Shown here: piece by piece, positions 60,632-64,000 of the stretch
How positions within the stretch are numbered: position 1 is the first letter of the stretch
Layout: every line of letters begins with the position of its first letter
Assembly (NCBI GenBank): GCA_963767005.1
Contig: CAVYCN010000003.1
Coordinates: 393,576 to 457,575 of the forward strand
Direction: 5' to 3'
Origin: an uncultured Actinomycetes bacterium
GTDB taxonomy: Bacteria; Actinomycetota; Thermoleophilia; UBA2241
Length of the DNA stretch: 64,000 bases
The notes under the pieces: generated by a model
What the model was told of the DNA's origin: nothing
The model's database searches: none
The model's input: only the letters and a program-made list of their open reading frames with translations
Program-made: the position numbers and the translations under genes

Positions 60632-61240
60632 ATGGCTATTCCTGCAGTGCTGAAGAGAATCCGCCCCCAAAGCGGCCCCACTCGCACCCTGTTCGACTGG
60701 GGCCTCACGGCCCTGGTCGCCATCGCCGTGGCGTTTGCTCTGCAAGCCTACGTGGTCAAGCCCTACCTCATCCCCACGGACTCAATGGCCAACACCCTGG
60801 TGCCCCGTCAGCGCGTGCTAGTCGACCGCCTGATCTACCACTTCCGGCCCGTCCGCCGGGGCGACATCATCGTCTTTCGCTGTGCTGCGCTTGGCAACGC
60901 GGTGCTCGTCAAGCGGGTCGTGGGCCTGCCCGGCGACCTATTGGCGCTACACGGCGGGCAACTCTACGTCAACGGCGTGCAAGCCAGCGACTCCTTCGTC
61001 GACAGGTTCGACGGCGTCGTGGAACCGACCCAGCCCGCCCCTTCCTCATTGACCGATGATCCGAGCGCGCCCTGGTCGCTTGCCCAGCCCTATCGCGTGC
61101 CTGCCGGCCACTACTTCGTGATGGGCGACAACCGCGCCGATTCAGACGACAGTCGCTACTGGGGCACTGTGCCGAGGAGCGCGGTCATCGGTCAGGCCTT
61201 CTTCACCTACTGGCCGGTGAGGCGCATCGGGGGTCTTTGA
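60632..61240 (+). CDS. lepB: Signal peptidase I (start uncertain)
   Basis: IPTDSMANTL (catalytic Ser), VKRVVG (catalytic Lys) and GDNRADSDDSRYWG. Confidence 0.9.
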   Translation: MAIPAVLKRIRPQSGPTRTLFDWGLTALVAIAVAFALQAYVVKPYLIPTDSMANTLVPRQRVLVDRLIYHFRPVRRGDIIVFRCAALGNAVLVKRVVGLPGDLLALHGGQLYVNGVQASDSFVDRFDGVVEPTQPAPSSLTDDPSAPWSLAQPYRVPAGHYFVMGDNRADSDDSRYWGTVPRSAVIGQAFFTYWPVRRIGGL

Positions 61241-61254
61241 ACGAGAGGCGTCTT

Positions 61255-61383
61255 CTAGCTCTCCCGGCGTCGGCGCGACGGGCTGTCGCTTGGGGAGCGC
61301 GTGTGGCGTAGGTCGAGCCAGGCGCCGAGCACGACCACGGCCACCACGATCACGGCGCCCACCACGGCAAGCAGCAGCTCCAC
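61255..61383 (-). CDS. Small single-pass membrane protein, 42 aa (not in ORF track)
   Basis: GAGGAGG RBS and GTG start: MELLLAVVGAVIVVAVVVLGAWLDLRHTRSPSDSPSRRRRES. Confidence 0.55.
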   Translation of the reverse strand: MELLLAVVGAVIVVAVVVLGAWLDLRHTRSPSDSPSRRRRES

Positions 61384-61628
61384 GCTTGTCCCTCCTCAAT
61401 CGACCGGCGGCTTCTGCACCAGCGGGGCTGGAAGCCCGCCCCTTGGGGTCGAGCCTGCCTCGTTCTGATCCCAATCCGATGAGTGATTCGCCGGAGCGCC
61501 ACCCGGCAAGCTTCCGGCCCACAGGTCCCATTGCCACGATAGGCATCCTACCTGAGCAACCGGAGCCTCTGCCTGGGCCGCCGCCGTAGCCCCACGACCA
61601 GCGCTTCTGCGCCGCTCGCGCACACCTG

Positions 61629-62051
61629 CTAGTTTCCGGCGGCCTCGGCGGCAAAGACGGCGAGGCGCTCGAGCAGCTCGGCGACCGGGCCGCTCGATGC
61701 AAAGACCTTGCGCTCGCCATCGGGGCGCTCGTAGGCGAGCTCCACCTGCAGAGCGTCGGCAGCGAGCTGCGCGATGCTCAGGTCCTGGCTGATGAGCTGC
61801 GCGATGGCCTCGGCGCCCGCCGAAACGAAGGCCTCTTCGCTGAACAGCACAGGCGGCAGGGAGAGGGCCGCATTCCCCGCCGGGCCACCGTCGGTGTAGC
61901 CCACCGTGAGACCGGCGCGGCGCAGCGCCTCCACAAGCTCGGCGGTGGAGACGCGATACTCGGTCCCTGGGGCCGAGGCCTGGCCTGCGACGCCGGGAAC
62001 GACCAGGGCGTCCAGCCCGCCGCCCACGTGCTCGGAAAACTCTGCGACCAT
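61629..62051 (-). CDS. Hypothetical protein
   Basis: GGAGG RBS and ATG 62051; 140 aa with no recognised motif. Confidence 0.6.
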   Translation of the reverse strand: MVAEFSEHVGGGLDALVVPGVAGQASAPGTEYRVSTAELVEALRRAGLTVGYTDGGPAGNAALSLPPVLFSEEAFVSAGAEAIAQLISQDLSIAQLAADALQVELAYERPDGERKVFASSGPVAELLERLAVFAAEAAGN

Positions 62052-62433
62052 CGCGAACCTCCGCGCGCATCCTAAGGAGACGGTCATCATAGCGTCGGAC
62101 GATGAGCAAGATGCGGTAGCACGCAGATCTAAGGTGCGCGGGACGAGGTGGCCGCTTGCTGGTACTACTGGTCGGCCGGCTGTCGGCGATAACGCCCTGT
62201 GCGGCAGGAAGGTGGGCCGTGATCGCCTGTCAGGTGCCCCCCCGAGAAACAAGCTCGGGACAGCCCCCTCCGCACTGGTCAAGCTGAGGACAAGGAGGGG
62301 TGAGCCGGCATTCTGCTCCGGCGCCGGGCACCAGGGTTGGAACCGACCTTGCGCCTGACTGCCTCCCTGGATTCTCCTGAGAGTACTATGATGGTGAAAT
62401 CCGACCATCGCCGGTCACCAGCCAGGGGGGCTC

Positions 62434-63771
62434 ATGAAACGACTCGCTGCAATCGTAGTCTGCTTGACGGCCGCAGCGCTGGCTTGCGCTTCAACGGCCG
62501 TCGCATCGTCACCCCGCCACCTCGACGTGCCGCGCCTGCTGTGCCCTTTGACGTCGCTGCCTGCGGCTCCGCTCGCCCAGGCAGGCGCGCAGACCTACCC
62601 CGTCAGCGGCACGCTGGAGGACTTCGACGGCACGCCGCTAGCCAACTGCTCCATCTCGTGCGGCTGGTGGGACCCCGACGGCTACTCGTGGTATGCGCCC
62701 CATGTCCGCTACCACGACGCGGGAGATACCACGACCGCGGCCGACGGCTCGTTTTCGTTTGCAGGCCTGGCGTCTGACCCGACGCACGACACCCTGATGG
62801 CCGGTGGCAACGCCGGCTCCAGTCTGCAGATCCTGACCCTGTATCACCTCGACTTCGCAACCACGGGCACCTACGCGATCCGCCCGGGGCACGTGAACGT
62901 CACCGTCACGAACGCCCCTGCTGGCCAACCGGCCGACATGAGCGTCGGCGATGCGCTCTACTCGGACATCGAGTCGTCGGTCGCTCTCACTGACGGCAGC
63001 GGCGTCGCCGACACCATGGCGCCCGACTTCGACAGCGCCAGCGCGTCGTTCCCGAGCGCGAACGGCACGGTGACGGCCGAGTGCCAGTGGGTGAGCCCCG
63101 GGCATGCCCCCGTGCCGGTCAGCCCGGGGACCGTCGCCGCCACTTCGCTGTCCTTTGACTGGCACTCGGCCGTGCGTGGCCACCTCACGGGTCCGAAGTG
63201 TCGTCACTCGGGCCGGCCGGGAAGCACCGTGAGGTACGCGGTCTCCAACCTGCCCGCCGGCCAGCAGATCTCGTTTACAGGCAACTCGTGGTCGTCCAGC
63301 TTCTCGAGTGACCAGATCTTCCCGCAGGTGCTGACCTCGACCGGTCTGCAGAAGACCCGCACGGTCGCTCTGCACATTCCGGCAAACGCCCCGGTCGGCA
63401 ACGTCTACGAGATCAACGCCCAGCGCAGCGACGACACCCAAAGCCTGCTCTGGCTCTACGACTGGTACGAGGTCTGCACCTTCTCTGCGTCGCACAGCAC
63501 CATCGTGCAGGGACAGGGCATCAGTCTGCGCGGTCACATCGACGGCAGGAACGCGACTCTCTTCGATGTGCCATCATCGGGCCGATCGACCGGCACACGC
63601 GGAAAGCCCATGGCTGGACCAAGGTCGCCAACCTCCACGTCAACGCCGAGCGGTCGCTTCGTCAGCCCGCTGCTGCGCCCGTCGCGCCCGACGTGGTACG
63701 TGGTGCGCTACCCCGGCCTGAACGGAGGTTTCGTCGCCTTCACGCCGGTGGTCAAGGTGATGGTCCGCTAA
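62434..63771 (+). CDS. Secreted multi-domain beta-rich hypothetical protein
   Basis: Signal peptide ending in AVA|S; VSGTLEDFDGTPL...TTTAADGSFSF; C-terminal TWYVVRYPG...TPVVKV. Confidence 0.75.
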   Translation: MKRLAAIVVCLTAAALACASTAVASSPRHLDVPRLLCPLTSLPAAPLAQAGAQTYPVSGTLEDFDGTPLANCSISCGWWDPDGYSWYAPHVRYHDAGDTTTAADGSFSFAGLASDPTHDTLMAGGNAGSSLQILTLYHLDFATTGTYAIRPGHVNVTVTNAPAGQPADMSVGDALYSDIESSVALTDGSGVADTMAPDFDSASASFPSANGTVTAECQWVSPGHAPVPVSPGTVAATSLSFDWHSAVRGHLTGPKCRHSGRPGSTVRYAVSNLPAGQQISFTGNSWSSSFSSDQIFPQVLTSTGLQKTRTVALHIPANAPVGNVYEINAQRSDDTQSLLWLYDWYEVCTFSASHSTIVQGQGISLRGHIDGRNATLFDVPSSGRSTGTRGKPMAGPRSPTSTSTPSGRFVSPLLRPSRPTWYVVRYPGLNGGFVAFTPVVKVMVR

Positions 63772-64000
63772 GGCCGTACGGGCAACGGACAAGGGCAGGC
63801 CGCTTGGTCTCGCGGGAGTCTGGTCGCCGTCCGGCAGACTGGCGCGAGTCAGGGTCCGCGGCCCCGAGCCGGACCGGGCCGAGACAAGCCCGGAACGAGG
63901 CATCAATAGCCCGCAGTCGAGGACTCGAAACAGGGGCCTGAGTCCAGACTGAAGTCGGCTGCTGTCGGCGGCGGGGCCATGCGCAGGCAGAAATGCGAGC

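Larger units (their letters stand above)
55022..64000. mobile_element. Probable tRNA-Lys-associated integrative island; right end not seen
   Basis: Follows the tRNA, contains a tyrosine integrase and only accessory genes, and looks more A/T-rich by eye (not computed). Confidence 0.6.

Overview
High-GC bacterial window. Gene content and signals suggest an actinobacterium, possibly an anaerobic Thermoleophilia-like lineage (inference). The backbone is a dispersed de novo purine gene set (purA, purD, purE, purB, purS/Q/L/F, purM, purH); purC, purK and a canonical purN are not in the window. Interleaved accessory genes include a Rieske/glutaredoxin/ferredoxin:thioredoxin reductase cluster, a MerR-linked amidase plus solute-binding protein, a cupin plus APC permease unit, a wbp-like nucleotide-sugar cluster containing a C45 hydrolase, murT-gatD, larB, an L,D-transpeptidase, a non-pyrrolysine MttB and a PIN-type toxin-antitoxin pair. 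After tRNA-Lys(TTT) at 54946-55021 lies a probable integrative island with a frameshifted tyrosine integrase carrying a zinc-ribbon insert, and secreted-protein cargo. The best candidates for follow-up are: (1) a PfkB kinase + divergent PurN-like formyltransferase + EhaR-like HAD module between purM and purH; (2) a ~350-bp gene-less segment bounded by a copy of the tRNA 3' end; (3) a promoter-bearing 6C-like small RNA; (4) two genes that appear to need non-AUG starts. All calls were made by eye, with no database searches.
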